A DNA stretch of 64,000 nucleotides from Trichodelitschia bisporula (taxonomy: Eukaryota): the NCBI GenBank assembly GCA_010356995.1, contig ML996704.1:1-64000 (forward strand). Direction: 5' to 3'. Below, piece by piece: positions 1-11,324 of this stretch (the first letter of the stretch is position 1; every line of letters begins with the position of its first letter). The position numbers and the translations under genes were made by a program. The notes beneath the pieces were generated by a model. It was not told where the DNA came from, did not search any database, and worked only from the letters and a program-made list of their open reading frames with translations.

Positions 1-128
1 GGGGTGCGGGAAGGCTGGCGTGACGTGGCAGCAGCCGCGGGGGAAGATCGCGGGGAGCCAATGAGGTTAAGGCCCGGCATTGGTCTCCCACGACAGCGGA
101 CCGCCACCTTGTTGAAATCTCTACCGCT

Positions 129-1049
129 CTACGAGTTCGCCCATAAGCTATCTTTCCGCAGCCACGCCTTAAAGTCCATCATCTCCGGATGCAACTCGCG
201 ACACTCGTTGACATCCGCTGCATACCCCTCATCGGCAAACCAGCGCACCATGCGCCCGACCTCAGGCACGAACATCAGCGCAGCGCCAAATCCCCACCAT
301 GCAGGCGCAATGTCCTGTCCGGTGACGTGCTTGATGGAGGCGCAGATGCCATCGACATTGAGCTCGTCCCCCGCCAGCGATATTGCCTTGTGATTGAAGT
401 TCTCGGGTGCGGCGAAAATTTTGCTGACGACGGTGCCAATGTCGCGCGTTGCAACCCATTGTAGAGACTTATCGCCGAGTGTCTGCTTGAGCGCGGAGAG
501 GAAGACGCGGGTTGCAAAACCAGGCGCAAGGTTCTGCTCGTTAGCGTTGTTTTTCCAACTGGGGAAAGCACTCACATCCATAAAGGCCACTGGACGTACA
601 ATCGCCCAGCCCATACCAGCCGTCGCATCGCGCAGGTGTTGCTCAACCTCGTTCTTTGTCCCAAAGTGCGCAATGGGGGTCGGAACGCCCCAGCTCGTAG
701 GGCCGCGGTTCACGCTTGCATATACGAACATTCGCACCCCCCTCCGTACACTCTCATCCACCAGCGCCTTCCCCTGCCTGATCTCTCGCTCCACTGTCAC
801 GCCCTTTCCCAGCGACACCTGGACACTAAAAACGCCCCATATCGGCTCTGCGGTAACCGCGGCGGCGGCATCAAACAACGCCGGAACATTGTCCAGATCG
901 CCCTCAACAAGCTGCACTCCCAAACCACGCGCCTTATCTGACTCCGGAGACCGTGTGACACCAAGGACGGTAAACTTCCCCTTCAAAGCACTCACAACTG
1001 CACCACCTTGACGCCCTGTAGCACCAGTAACAAGAATAACCCTCTGCAT
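129..1049 (-). CDS. NmrA-like NAD(P)-binding Rossmann-fold protein
   Basis: Starts MQRVILVTGATGRQGGAVV (GxxGxxG), with later HFGTK and RPVAFMD motifs typical of NmrA-like proteins. One in-frame 42-nt intron at 534-575 (GTGAGT...GCTAAC...CAG). The upstream extension to 1817 in the ORF track is antisense to the neighbouring gene. Confidence 0.9.
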   Translation of the reverse strand: MQRVILVTGATGRQGGAVVSALKGKFTVLGVTRSPESDKARGLGVQLVEGDLDNVPALFDAAAAVTAEPIWGVFSVQVSLGKGVTVEREIRQGKALVDESVRRGVRMFVYASVNRGPTSWGVPTPIAHFGTKNEVEQHLRDATAGMGWAIVRPVAFMDVSAFPSWKNNANEQNLAPGFATRVFLSALKQTLGDKSLQWVATRDIGTVVSKIFAAPENFNHKAISLAGDELNVDGICASIKHVTGQDIAPAWWGFGAALMFVPEVGRMVRWFADEGYAADVNECRELHPEMMDFKAWLRKDSLWANS

Positions 1050-1181
1050 CGTTGGGTCTCTCACTCGTGGCAACCGAACAGCTGAAGTATCCTGAACGGC
1101 TCCCCAAACACCCCGCCCCGATCTCCTCAGATCTATAAAACCGCCCGTCTTGCCCACCTTGCCCCGCAAACTCGGCCCACC

Positions 1182-1727
1182 ATGTCCCACCTCGGCATCT
1201 TCCTGAGCGGTCTTTGCACCGGCCTTTGCGCCGGTCTCGCAGTGGCACTCCTCTGCCCGCAACCCCGCACCCCCACCTTCGTCTCCGTTCTCCTGGCGGC
1301 CTACGGTCCGGACCCGACGCCGCTGATCGCCCGGCTCGCGCCCTCCTTCCGGTACTCTTTGCGCCCGAGCACGCTGGCCGCTCCGCCCCGCAACCGCGAC
1401 GAGATGGTGCACCACGCGGCGATGGTAACAGGGCTTTTCGACGAATTCGCTATGGTTCCGCAGCGGGTCGTCTGCGCGGACAACGAGGCCGTCGTGCTGG
1501 CAACGATGCGAGGCACGTTTACCCCTGACACAGCGGGGCGCATGGGAGTGCCGACGTGGGAGACAGAGTGCGTGCTTCTGGTGCGGTTTGACGGAGCGGG
1601 GCTGGTGGAGGAGATGGTGGAGTTTGTGGACAGCAAGCAAGGGGCACGGATGAAAGAAATGCTTTCTATGGGGCAGGATCGGGGCTCGGATGGGGGTTTG
1701 GGAGTGGAGCAACTTCAGAGAGTCTAG
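1182..1727 (+). CDS. SnoaL/NTF2-like fold protein with hydrophobic N-terminus (cluster-associated, putative cyclase/isomerase)
   Basis: Intronless 181-aa ORF. TATAAAA at about 1134-1140. C-terminal W-x-x-E-C-V-L-L-V-R-F-D...EEMVEFVDS pattern resembles small fungal NTF2-like tailoring proteins. Confidence 0.7.
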   Translation: MSHLGIFLSGLCTGLCAGLAVALLCPQPRTPTFVSVLLAAYGPDPTPLIARLAPSFRYSLRPSTLAAPPRNRDEMVHHAAMVTGLFDEFAMVPQRVVCADNEAVVLATMRGTFTPDTAGRMGVPTWETECVLLVRFDGAGLVEEMVEFVDSKQGARMKEMLSMGQDRGSDGGLGVEQLQRV

Positions 1728-1746
1728 AGGACCAGTTATGAGGACC

Positions 1747-1911
1747 AGAGCGTATGCTTTTAGTGCGGTTTGAACGGGCGGGTCTGATGGAGGACATGGT
1801 GGAGTTGTGGACAGCAATCAAAGGGCGCGGATGACAGTGAAGCTTTTTGAGGGGCAGAACAAGGGCCTGGATGACGGCCTGGGAACGAAGCAATTCAGGG
1901 AGCCTAGAAGG
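1747..1911 (+). pseudogene. Decayed tandem duplicate of the 3' part of the SnoaL-like gene
   Basis: Aligns by eye with 1565-1730. It translates ERMLLVRFERAGLMEDMVE / frameshift / VDSNQRARMTVKLFEGQNKGLDDGLGTKQ, versus ECVLLVRFDGAGLVEEMVEFVDSKQGARMKEMLSMGQDRGSDGGLGVEQ in the intact gene. Confidence 0.8.
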
Positions 1912-1966
1912 GTCCACCCGAGAAGACTAGAGCGCAGTTACTACGTACAATCAAGGCCAATTATTT

Positions 1967-2550
1967 TCACATCTGTATCTTGTCCAGCCCCGCCTGCCAC
2001 ATGGCCACCACCCCTGTAACCAAAGGGATCGCCAGTCTGTAAAGGTTCAAGCGCATCCACTTTGTCCCCACTTCAAATATCTCATCATCCGCCGCCGCGA
2101 TGCGATCATTCAGTGGCTGCATGTTGATCGCCGAGTGCACAATGACCGTGAAGTGGAGCAGCGCGTTGGCCGCAAAGGGGCGCCAGTCGTGCGTCGTACC
2201 CTGACCGTCAGCCCGCGTACCAAAGTTTAAATCAATGTCATACCACCGTCCGTGGGCCGGCCCACAGCGACCAGGCCGTATATGCATAGCCCACAGTCGT
2301 CAGAGTCGAGAGCGGTCGGAAGAACTGATTGCCAACGACCCAGCAAACGGGCCACTGGCGCGAGAGCAGCTGGATGCGTGCATTGCGGGCGGGGCCGTCC
2401 ATCGGCCAGTGGGCGAGGAGGGCAGGAAGCGTCATGAAGGACTGGGTAACCGCATTGCCTGGACATTAACAGACGACGACAAGCATTGACAAACGCACCC
2501 GCAAGAACAAAGTCGGCAGCGATACAGCCAGCTATGACCAAAGAAGCCAT
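1967..2550 (-). CDS. Small multi-pass membrane protein, DUF1772/anthrone-oxygenase-like
   Basis: Three exons joined by introns at 2459-2498 (40 nt) and 2201-2243 (43 nt). Spliced protein: MASLVIAGCIAADFVLAGNAVTQSFMTLPALL...RQWPVCW...NMQPLNDRI...KWMRLNLYRLAIPLVTG. The P-x-N and W-x-x-L-N-x-x-R motifs fit DUF1772. Confidence 0.7.
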
Positions 2551-2758
2551 GAGAGTCAGAGCAATGGTGGTGTTGTAAGGTAGTGGATTTAGATGGGACC
2601 TGAGATGGGGCCGCCGTAGTTATATACCATGATTGATGTCTACACGCTTCGTATTAACCAATGAAATGATGGCGCCGCCCCCTGTTGGTGTGTATGCTCC
2701 CTTCCGCTTAGGGCCCACGAAGTCACTGCTGGTGCTCCTTCCGTTCTATGCAAAAAAT

Positions 2759-4448
2759 TCAACCCCGACCCCCGATGCCGACACCGACGCCCCCACCCGC
2801 GACCGCCAGCCTCATCCGACGGTCAGTCTCCTCCGCAGTGCGCCAATTGCTCTCGACCAGCCTCGCCCGCGCCGGCGACCGTGGCTCAAACTCCATCTCG
2901 AATGGGTCCGGCTTGATGATCAGCAGGCTGTTGCTCTTATTGAGCGGCACCGGGACGCGGGCGCCGTTGCGAACCTTGAACTTGAGATTGAATGCCCAGC
3001 ACGTGGCGCCGCAGGTCAGCAGCAACTCGTCTTGCGTCAACATCTGCCCGAGGCAGGCACGCTGCCCCCAACCAAAACTCGACATACCCTTAAGGGTAGG
3101 AAACTGGGTTAGTGGCGCCTCATACGTTGGCCAGCCGGACTCAAGCCATCGTTCTGGACGGAAACTGTCTGGGTCGGGGTACTTGGCAGGGTTGCGCAGG
3201 AACGCCCTGGGCAGATTAGCCACGAGGCTCAACGACAAAGCGTGAAAACAAAAGAGGTAAAAATGTTACACACCAGTCGAGGGGAAGAATGCGCGTTCCC
3301 TTAGGTATGAAGCAGTCCCCATAGTAGTCGTCCGCCTCAGTCTCATGCGCAACGCCCGATGGAACATTCGGCTTCCAGCGCATGGTCTCCTTAATGCATG
3401 CACGCAGCGTGGGAAGCGCAGGCGAGTCTTCGAGCGTCAAAAGGCGGTCGCCGCACACGCGGTCGAGCTCGGCCTGCACGCGCATCAACCAGTGCGGGTG
3501 ATGCACCATCGCCATCAGAAAGTACTTCGCCGGCGCGGCTATTGTAAATACGCCAACGAGCGCCAGCATGCCGATGCAGGAAGCCGCCTCTCGGTCGCCC
3601 GAGAGTTTGGCATTTTCAAGGTACTGTCTTGTCCAACAGTGTCGTAATCGCCCCTGACGCAGTTTCGAACGCGACTCCTGCAACCGTTGGTCCCACCACC
3701 CGTCTTGCAGAGCCTGCCGTTGTAGCTCAGCGCGTTTCCACGGATTCACCCACAGCGGCAGGTGCCATAACGGCGTCAGCACGTTCGTGAGTGGCCCGGC
3801 CGGGGACATTTGCGTTAGCAGGCCCCAGGCGAGCTTCGTGTTTGTCTCGCTCAAGTCAGGGTCGTCCCAGGTCAGTGTGCACATGACTTTGGACGCAAGG
3901 TCGTCGATTGTGTCGTAAAAGGCATCAGGCTCGACGAGAAGCCGAAAGAGCCATCGTTTCACCTCAAAAGTTATAATGTCGTAGTATTGCAGGTTAGCGG
4001 CCTCAGTCAATGAAGCGTGGGTCCAGCGGCGCTGGCGAGCCCAGTATTCTGGTGGTCAGCATGGTAGACAATAGGGGGGAAACGCACTGTTCTTCCCCAT
4101 TAGCGGTAGGTACGACATGGACCCGTCGGTACTCTTCGAGTCGAACAGTGAGCGCACAGCTGGGCGGTCCGAGTTGAACTTCGCACGTTTGACCAGCAGC
4201 TCCTCCGCGATCTTCTCATCAGTGACGACCAACACCTTTGCGCCCAGCATCTCCGTGTAATAGATCGGGCCGTACTCATCAGCCCACTCCTTCAGCTTGA
4301 GCCACATGAAGCGGATGGGAAGATCGTGCACGCGACCGAGCCAGGGGAGCTGTGTCGGACCCGGAAAGCGCGACACCTTCCGCCGGAATCGGCAGGCGCC
4401 GACCAGAAGTAACGAAAGAGTGGCAACAGCCAAGCAAACAGGATGCAT
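2759..4448 (-). CDS. Cytochrome P450 monooxygenase
   Basis: N-terminal membrane anchor, PGP hinge, ExxR (KETMRW), PERW and heme motif FGWGQRACLG. Introns at 4049-4087 (39 nt) and 3207-3273 (67 nt) join the three ORF pieces in frame. Confidence 0.95.
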
Positions 4449-4763
4449 TGTACAGGCAACGAAGGAAGCGAGAATATTCGATAACCGACGCGTCTGCCTT
4501 GGGAGGACATCGCAACAGCTATAAGGTTAGCGCACCGATTTGGGCACACCGTACAGTATCCGGCCCCGCTCTCTCGTGCGCGGCCCCGCGAACGTGGCCT
4601 TTTTCCGAGCGGCGCACTATCTTAGTGTGCGGGGGCATCGCAGCCGGAGCTTCTAGACACCGTGTTGTCGGCCGACGGATGGAGTGACCGCGTGGCCATC
4701 GACCCACAGCTGAGCACGTCACTTCTTCTTAACCGCCCGGAACCCCACTGTTCGAACACCACA

Positions 4764-6350
4764 ATGGCGATCAGCGACACCCCTTCCGATTGCAAGCCGA
4801 TCGGCTCATTTGCTCCCTCCGGCATCGATGTGCTCGTCGTGGGTACTGGTCTCGCTGGACTCACGGCGGCGCTCGAGTGCGTCCGCAAGGGGCACCGCGT
4901 GCGAGTGTTGGAGCGCAATGCGACAATCAACACTGCAGGTAGGTTTTTCTGCTCACAGTGGACTCCCTGACCGGCAGGGGACATGTACTTCATGGGCCTA
5001 AGCGCGACTCGCTTCTTCACCCATTGGCCCGAGATGGAGGCTGAGTTCCGGCGTATCTCGCTCAGCGACGCGTGGATGGAGACATACAAGCACACCGGCG
5101 AGGCCGTGATCCCTGCGAAGAAGGTCGCCGACCGGTTGCGAGCCATGGGCATGGAGCCGCCAGGCTCGTTTCAGATGCGGCCGCTCATCTATGCCATGTT
5201 CGTGCGCCAGCTTGAGGCGCTCAGCATCCACGTGGAGTACAACTGCCGCATTGTCGACTATGAGGAGACCGACGGTAAAGGGGTAGCCATCGCCGAGGAC
5301 GGGCGCCGCTTCGAGGCCGACGTGGTGATCGCGGCTGATGGAGTCGGATCCAAGAGCCAGCGGCTCGTCGGCGGACAAGTGCGCGCGCGCACATCGGGCC
5401 GCGCGATGTGGCGGGCTGCGTTCCCGGCGGAGTACCTCAACGCGAACCCTGCGGTGAAGGAGTTCTTCAACATGGGCGGCCCGAACAAGGACGAGCCAGT
5501 CGTCCGCATCTTCTTGGGGTAGGCCGACCCCTTTTCACAAACCCCGCTGACCAACAGGCCGAACACGTATGGCATGACGCTCACACGCCCTGACACAGCC
5601 ATCTTCGTCATCAACCACGATGCCTTTGGCAGCGAGGCCGAGTCATGGAACCACACCATCGACAAAGAGGTCGTGCTCGTCAACATGGACAAAAACATTG
5701 GTCCGGAGCCGTGGGCGCCCATCTTCAAGGACTTCATTCGTTGCTGCCCGCCGGAAACAGTGCTCGACTTTGAGTTGCTGTGGCGCAACCCGCAGCCGAG
5801 CTGGGCGTCGCCGGGCGCGCGGGTGGTCCAGATTGGTGACAGTGCGCACTCATTCCTGCCGGCGTCGGGCAGCGGCGCGACGCAGGCGATCGAGGATGCT
5901 GTCACGCTTGCGACCTGTCTACAACTCGGTGGCAAAGAGGGTGTGGCGGACGCGGTACGGGCGCATGTATTTCTACGGTGAGTCAGCCCGCCGTCATCTT
6001 CTCTGCTGACTAGCAGCTTCGTGCGCAACGCGTGCGCGCAGAAGCTCGGCTTCTCCAACGCGGAGCTGCTCCAAGACACGGACTGGAGCAAAGTCAAGGA
6101 GAGGCCGCGCACCGCGCAGCCGAAGCATCCCAAGTGGCTGTTCTATCACGATCCCGAGCTGTATGCGTACGAGAATTTTGAGAAGGCGGACAAGGCGGTC
6201 AAGTCGGGGGCCAGGTATCTTACGGATGTGCCCGAGATTCTACCCAACTACCCACCGGGGTACAAGTATGAAGCATGGAACATTGAGCAGATCATGGATG
6301 ACATGAAGGCGGGCAAGCAGGTGGAGCTCGGGGCGGGAGATTGGGAGTAG
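4764..6350 (+). CDS. FAD-dependent (aromatic hydroxylase-type) monooxygenase
   Basis: GTGLAG Rossmann motif, DVVIAADGVGS (DG motif) and QIGDSAHSFLPASGSGATQAIED (GD motif). Three 39-nt introns at 4939-4977, 5519-5557 and 5978-6016. Confidence 0.95.
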
Positions 6351-8178
6351 TCTCCTCCTTAGTCCTAGATCTTTTTCTTAGTCGTAGTCCAGCTTAAACG
6401 AGTGAAGTTGATGCATTTGATGTACTGTTCTCACCGTTCACTGAACTACTTGTCACGTGAAGCATCAGCAACATTATCAAACTCGGACATGAAGCTGGCT
6501 CTGGGATAATCTGGTGTCATCAAGCGACGTCGGCTGGAAGACGATGAGTCAGCAACTTGACCAGCGCGTCGGACCGTTGGGGGGATATATATGAGCTCTG
6601 GACCCGCCACGTGGAGGTTGCGACGGATCCCCGCTCGGGAGGGTAAAGAGGATGTAAACTCTGGAGAGCGGGGAGAAGGTCCCCCACCGCAAGGAGTGGG
6701 TCGTAGGTAAGTGCGGTGGCTGCGAAAGAAGTCGCGAGTAAGATAGTTCTAGTGACAAGGAGGACGTTCCGGATCAACCCATCTACAGCGATGCTTTCCA
6801 TAGCTTCGGTAACAACTGCAGCAGGTGCATGTACCTCCGTATTAGGTCCTGGTGTAGTGCATCTGTCAACGGTGAGAGGCGGCTGTCAGTCAACAAAGGA
6901 TGAGGTCGAAGTTAGGTTGGAAGCCGCGGTCCATGCGTGATTGCAACGGCGGGAATGCCCCTGCACCCAAGACGAAGTGGGGTGCGCCCTCCCAACCCAG
7001 GGCCTCCCGAAAAAGGTCTTGGCCACCCTTACACGCAGAAACACCCAGTGAGTACGGCCACGACTTCTTTGCGGTGGGCCGAGGACTGTCCCTTTGTACC
7101 CTAACTACCAGCAAAGCTTTCCACCCTCACTAACCAGTACCCTACTCTCCCTTCTACACGTTATGGGGCGTTGCAACAAAAGGTAATATCCGCCGCATTG
7201 TCACCAAGAGATGCAGTTTGCTGGGCTGCTTCATCGTGGCTTGACGTTGTCGCCTTGTGTTTCCTGCACGCGGTGCCCTTCCCCTTCTTGGCTTCACCTC
7301 CGTCGCACGCTCTCCATACTTGCTTCCTCGTGCTCCAGTTACTGATCCTTTGTGGACCTCATATCCCTTCGTACCTCCTCCCACACATATTTCATGCCTC
7401 CTCCAAGTCTTTGAGCGCCTCGTTCCATCATTCTGGCCTTTTGTGCTGTATGCACGACTCACCATAGTCCAAAGAAAAATGCCGCTCCGACGTCACGCCG
7501 ACCCGATCATGACGCGGCTCTAGGCTTTAGCGCCTAGACCAGGGAAGTTCCCAGACGCGCAAGTTCCGTCGCTGTGCCATCTCGTCTCATGTCGGCGCCT
7601 GATCCTCACCCACCCGGGTGCCGCAATCCCGGTTTGCTGCTATTCACCGACAGAATGGACGAAGCTGGTCCAGATGAAACGCTCTTTTCCTCAACGTCCG
7701 CATGGCCCTTGGCCCCCCTTGGCTATTAACGCCCGGCCTCCGACCCTGCAAAGCAACTGTGAATGCCCATAAACTCTGCCACTTCACTCCCCGATTGTGC
7801 TTCTAATCACCTACTATCAACCTACTGCCAACCTACTGCCGGCCTACTGTCACTGTACATATCCTTCCGATCCGGTTTCCTGCTGTATTACCACCTACAC
7901 CCCCAAATAGCATTCACTGCCCGCTCACTGCTGGCGTCAGCATCCGCCACGATCAAGCCTCAGCCACGCCCACCCGCCAACCAGCGCCACCATCCGCAGC
8001 GCCTCCGCCCCGCATCCCCAGTCCATCGCCGCACATTTCCTGCACGTCGCACTGGGCTGACGGGTGCAAAACGCCACGGCCTGCCGCTAGCCGCGCCGGG
8101 CAGTCCAGTCTCGCAGCCGCGTCATCAGCTTGAATAAAGAGCCCCGCCCCTCCTTCGCCAGTTCCGCAAGCCATCACC

Positions 8179-9655
8179 ATGAAGCTCCTCCTCCTGGCCG
8201 CGGTGGCCTCTGTGTCCGCCATCCAGCTTGCCGAGCGCAGTGTGAGTACTTGCTTCCAGGGCTAACAATCGTCGCTAACAACCGCAGTCCGCCGTTCTCC
8301 AACTCGACACCAACCGCCGCAGCATCGCCTCCCCCGCCACGCGCGACCGCCAACGCCTACGCAAGCGCACCGTACAACAGGTACTTGACAATGAGTCGGC
8401 CCTCTACTACGCCAACATCACGCTCGGTACACCCGCCCAAAAGCTCCGCCTCGACATCGATACCGGTAGCAGCGACATCTGGTGCAACTCGGCTGTGTCG
8501 TCACTCTGTCAGCAGGAGCAGGACCAGTGCGACGAGTCCGGCACGTTCAATGCGAACAAATCATCGTCCTACCAGTATGTCAACAGCGCGTTCTATATCC
8601 GCTATGCCGACGGGTCCGCCGCCGCCGGGGACTACGCCAAAGATACGCTCCACTTCGGCGGCCAAGACATCACTGGCGTGCAGTTCGGCATTGGCTACCA
8701 GTCGAGCTCGGCGCAGGGCATCCTTGGCGTCGGCTACCCGATCAACGAGGCGTCGATCGGCACCACCGGCGAGGCGTACACGAACCTACCGGCGCTGCTA
8801 GTCCAAAAGAAGCTCATCAACACGGCGGCGTACAGTTTGTGGCTCAACGACCTCGATGCAAACACCGGCTCGATCCTTTTTGGCGGCGTCGATACGGCCA
8901 AGTATCAAGGTGATCTGCAAACACTCCCGATCATCAAGGAGAGTGGCACGTACCGCGAGTTCGTCATCGCGCTCAGCTCCATCTCCGCCGCTGGACAGAC
9001 GATCCTCAACGACAACCCGATCCCGGTGCTACTCGACTCCGGCAGCAGTCTGTCATACCTGCCAAACAGCCTCGCGCAGGCCATCTTCACCGTGTTTGAC
9101 GCGACGTTTGACCAGCGGGCAGGCGTCGCCGTGGTCGACTGCAGCCTGCGCAACAGCGGTAAGACAGTCGACTTTGTGTTCAGCGGTGTCAAGATCAGCG
9201 TCGGGCTCGACGAGCTCGTCATCATAGAGGAGGTCCGCCGCGGCCGGGAGATCTGCATTCTTGGTATTGTTCCTGCCTTTCGTAAACCCTCCATATCTAA
9301 CCCCACAGGCATCAGCAACGCAGACGACTCAACCGCAGTGTTGGGTGACACGTTCCTGCGCAGCGCGTACGTTGTCTACGACCTCTCGAACAACCAGATC
9401 TCGCTCGCGCCGACGGACTTCAACGCTACAGAGAGCTCCGTCAAGGAGATTGCGTCGGGGTCGAGCGGCGTGCCGGGAGCAAAGCTCGTGGCGACGGCCG
9501 TCTCGACGCTTGCGGTTGCCTCTGGTGGGGCGCGCGGTGTCGGTGGACCGACAGTGACGGCCCTTAACGCTGCGGCTGCCCCGACGGCGGCGAACATTGG
9601 TAAGGTGGCTGCTGTGGTGGCGGCGGGCGCGGCGGGCATGGCGATGGTATTGTAA
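8179..9655 (+). CDS. Secreted, probably GPI-anchored pepsin-like aspartic protease (yapsin/OpsB-like)
   Basis: Signal peptide MKLLLLAAVASVSA, KR propeptide site, catalytic motifs IDTGS and LDSGS, LGDTFLRSAYVVYD, and a hydrophobic C-terminal tail. Introns at 8242-8287 and 9264-9308. Confidence 0.93.
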
Positions 9656-9918
9656 TGGCATTGCAACATTTGGCGTTAAGGTTACGGCTGCATTTAGGCG
9701 ATTGCATTTGAGCGATTGCATGGCATGGGAGATACACCTAGAGGCTTCATGAATGACATTTATATGACCTACTACGATTTAATCATGACAGTGAGCATGC
9801 TGTGAAAGGCTAGAGACGAAAGATGTTTCCAAAGATATCCCATGGTCAGCATTTCGAGGTGACGTCTCCCATCCCGCCTTGGCCATTCCGTCCCAAGATT
9901 TCCCGTCTGCCCAAATTA

Positions 9919-9937
9919 GTCACGTGCCTCGACGCGT
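9919..9937 (+). promoter_or_regulatory. GTCACGTG (Cbf1-type E-box) plus ACGCGT (MCB element) upstream of RFC4
   Basis: GTCACGTG at 9919-9926 and ACGCGT at 9932-9937, 60-80 nt before the ATG of a DNA-replication gene. MCB boxes are the established G1/S element in ascomycetes; function here is inferred. Confidence 0.45.
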
Positions 9938-9999
9938 GTTCGCGATTTCATCTCGCGCAACCCTGTCGTGCCTCTCACCTCTCCATCACTAACACCAAA

Positions 10000-11152
10000 A
10001 TGCCCGAATCCTCCACCACGGCCGCCCGCAACGGCCTCAAGCCGAGCACAAGCAATGCCCCGTACGAGCTGCCATGGTACGTCCGGTTTCCATCTCCACG
10101 TCCCATCCAGCCCCACTAACCGCCCAAAGGGTCGAGAAATACCGCCCCATCATCCTCGACGATATCGTGGGCAACACAGAGACCATCGACCGCCTCAAGG
10201 TGATCGCAAAAGACGGCAACATGCCGCATGTCATCATCAGCGGCGCGCCGGGCATCGGAAAAACAACCTCAATCCTCTGTCTCGCACGACAACTCCTCGG
10301 CCCCGCGTATAAGGAAGCTGTCCTCGAACTCAACGCCTCCGACGAGCGTGGGATCGACGTCGTGCGCACACGGATTAAGAACTTCGCCCAGAAAAAAGTC
10401 ACCCTCCCCGCCGGGCGGCAGAAGATCATCATCCTCGATGAGGCGGACAGTATGACGAGCGGGGCACAGCAGGCGCTCCGCCGCACAATGGAGATTTACA
10501 GCAATACCACACGCTTTGCCTTTGCGGCCAATGCGAGCAACAAGATCATTGAGCCGTTGCAGAGCCGTTGCGCGATCTTGCGATATGCCCGCTTGACGGA
10601 CGCACAGGTCCTGCGGCGGTTGCAGCAGATTGCTACGGCGGAGAAGGTGGAAGTCACGGATGATGGATTGGCGGCGCTCATCTTCGCGGCCGAGGGCGAC
10701 ATGCGGCAGGCCATCAACAACCTGCAGAGCACGGCGGCGGGCTTTGGGCTGGTGAACGGGGACAACGTGTTCCGCGTCGTGGACTCGCCGCACCCGATCA
10801 AGGTGCAGGCAATGGTGAAGGCGTGCTACGAGGGCAAGATCGATGCGGCGCTGGATAGTCTGAAGGAGCTCTGGGACCTAGGGTACTCGTGCCATGACAT
10901 CATCAGCACGATGTTTCGAGTCACCAAGTCCATACCCGCTCTGTCGGAGCACGCTAAGCTGGAATTCGTCCGCGTATGTACCCTTCTGCATCGTTCCATC
11001 TCCGCTGACACCCTCAGGAAATTGGCTTCACCCACATGCGCATCCTCGAGGGTGTGCAGACCTACCTCCAGCTGTCGGGCTGTCTGGCGCGTCTGTGCAA
11101 GATCAACATGAAGCCGGCGCTTTTCAAGCTGCCGAGCCGTGATATGATATGA
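10000..11152 (+). CDS. RFC4: Replication factor C small subunit (yeast Rfc4 / human RFC2 type)
   Basis: PWVEKYRP box, Walker [25 protein letters not shown] box (ILDEADSMT) and SRC motif. Introns at 10077-10129 and 10974-11017. Confidence 0.95.
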
Positions 11153-11324
11153 GGGGCGATGAGCAGCACCATGAGGTCGGATGAGCAACGACCGCGGGTC
11201 AGTAATGACCGCGGGTGAGCAGTGAGCGCGGATGAGCTACGACATGGTCTTATTACCGACCCATTGTACATTCCAAAGCAGATAACCCCGCTGAGATGCT
11301 GACGCCACCGATGCAACCGGGTAT

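Noticed and set aside
1050..1817. N-terminal 255-aa extension of the 562-aa ORF (129..1817, minus strand)
   Set aside because: It is the antisense shadow of the SnoaL-like gene. The NmrA domain begins at Met 1049.
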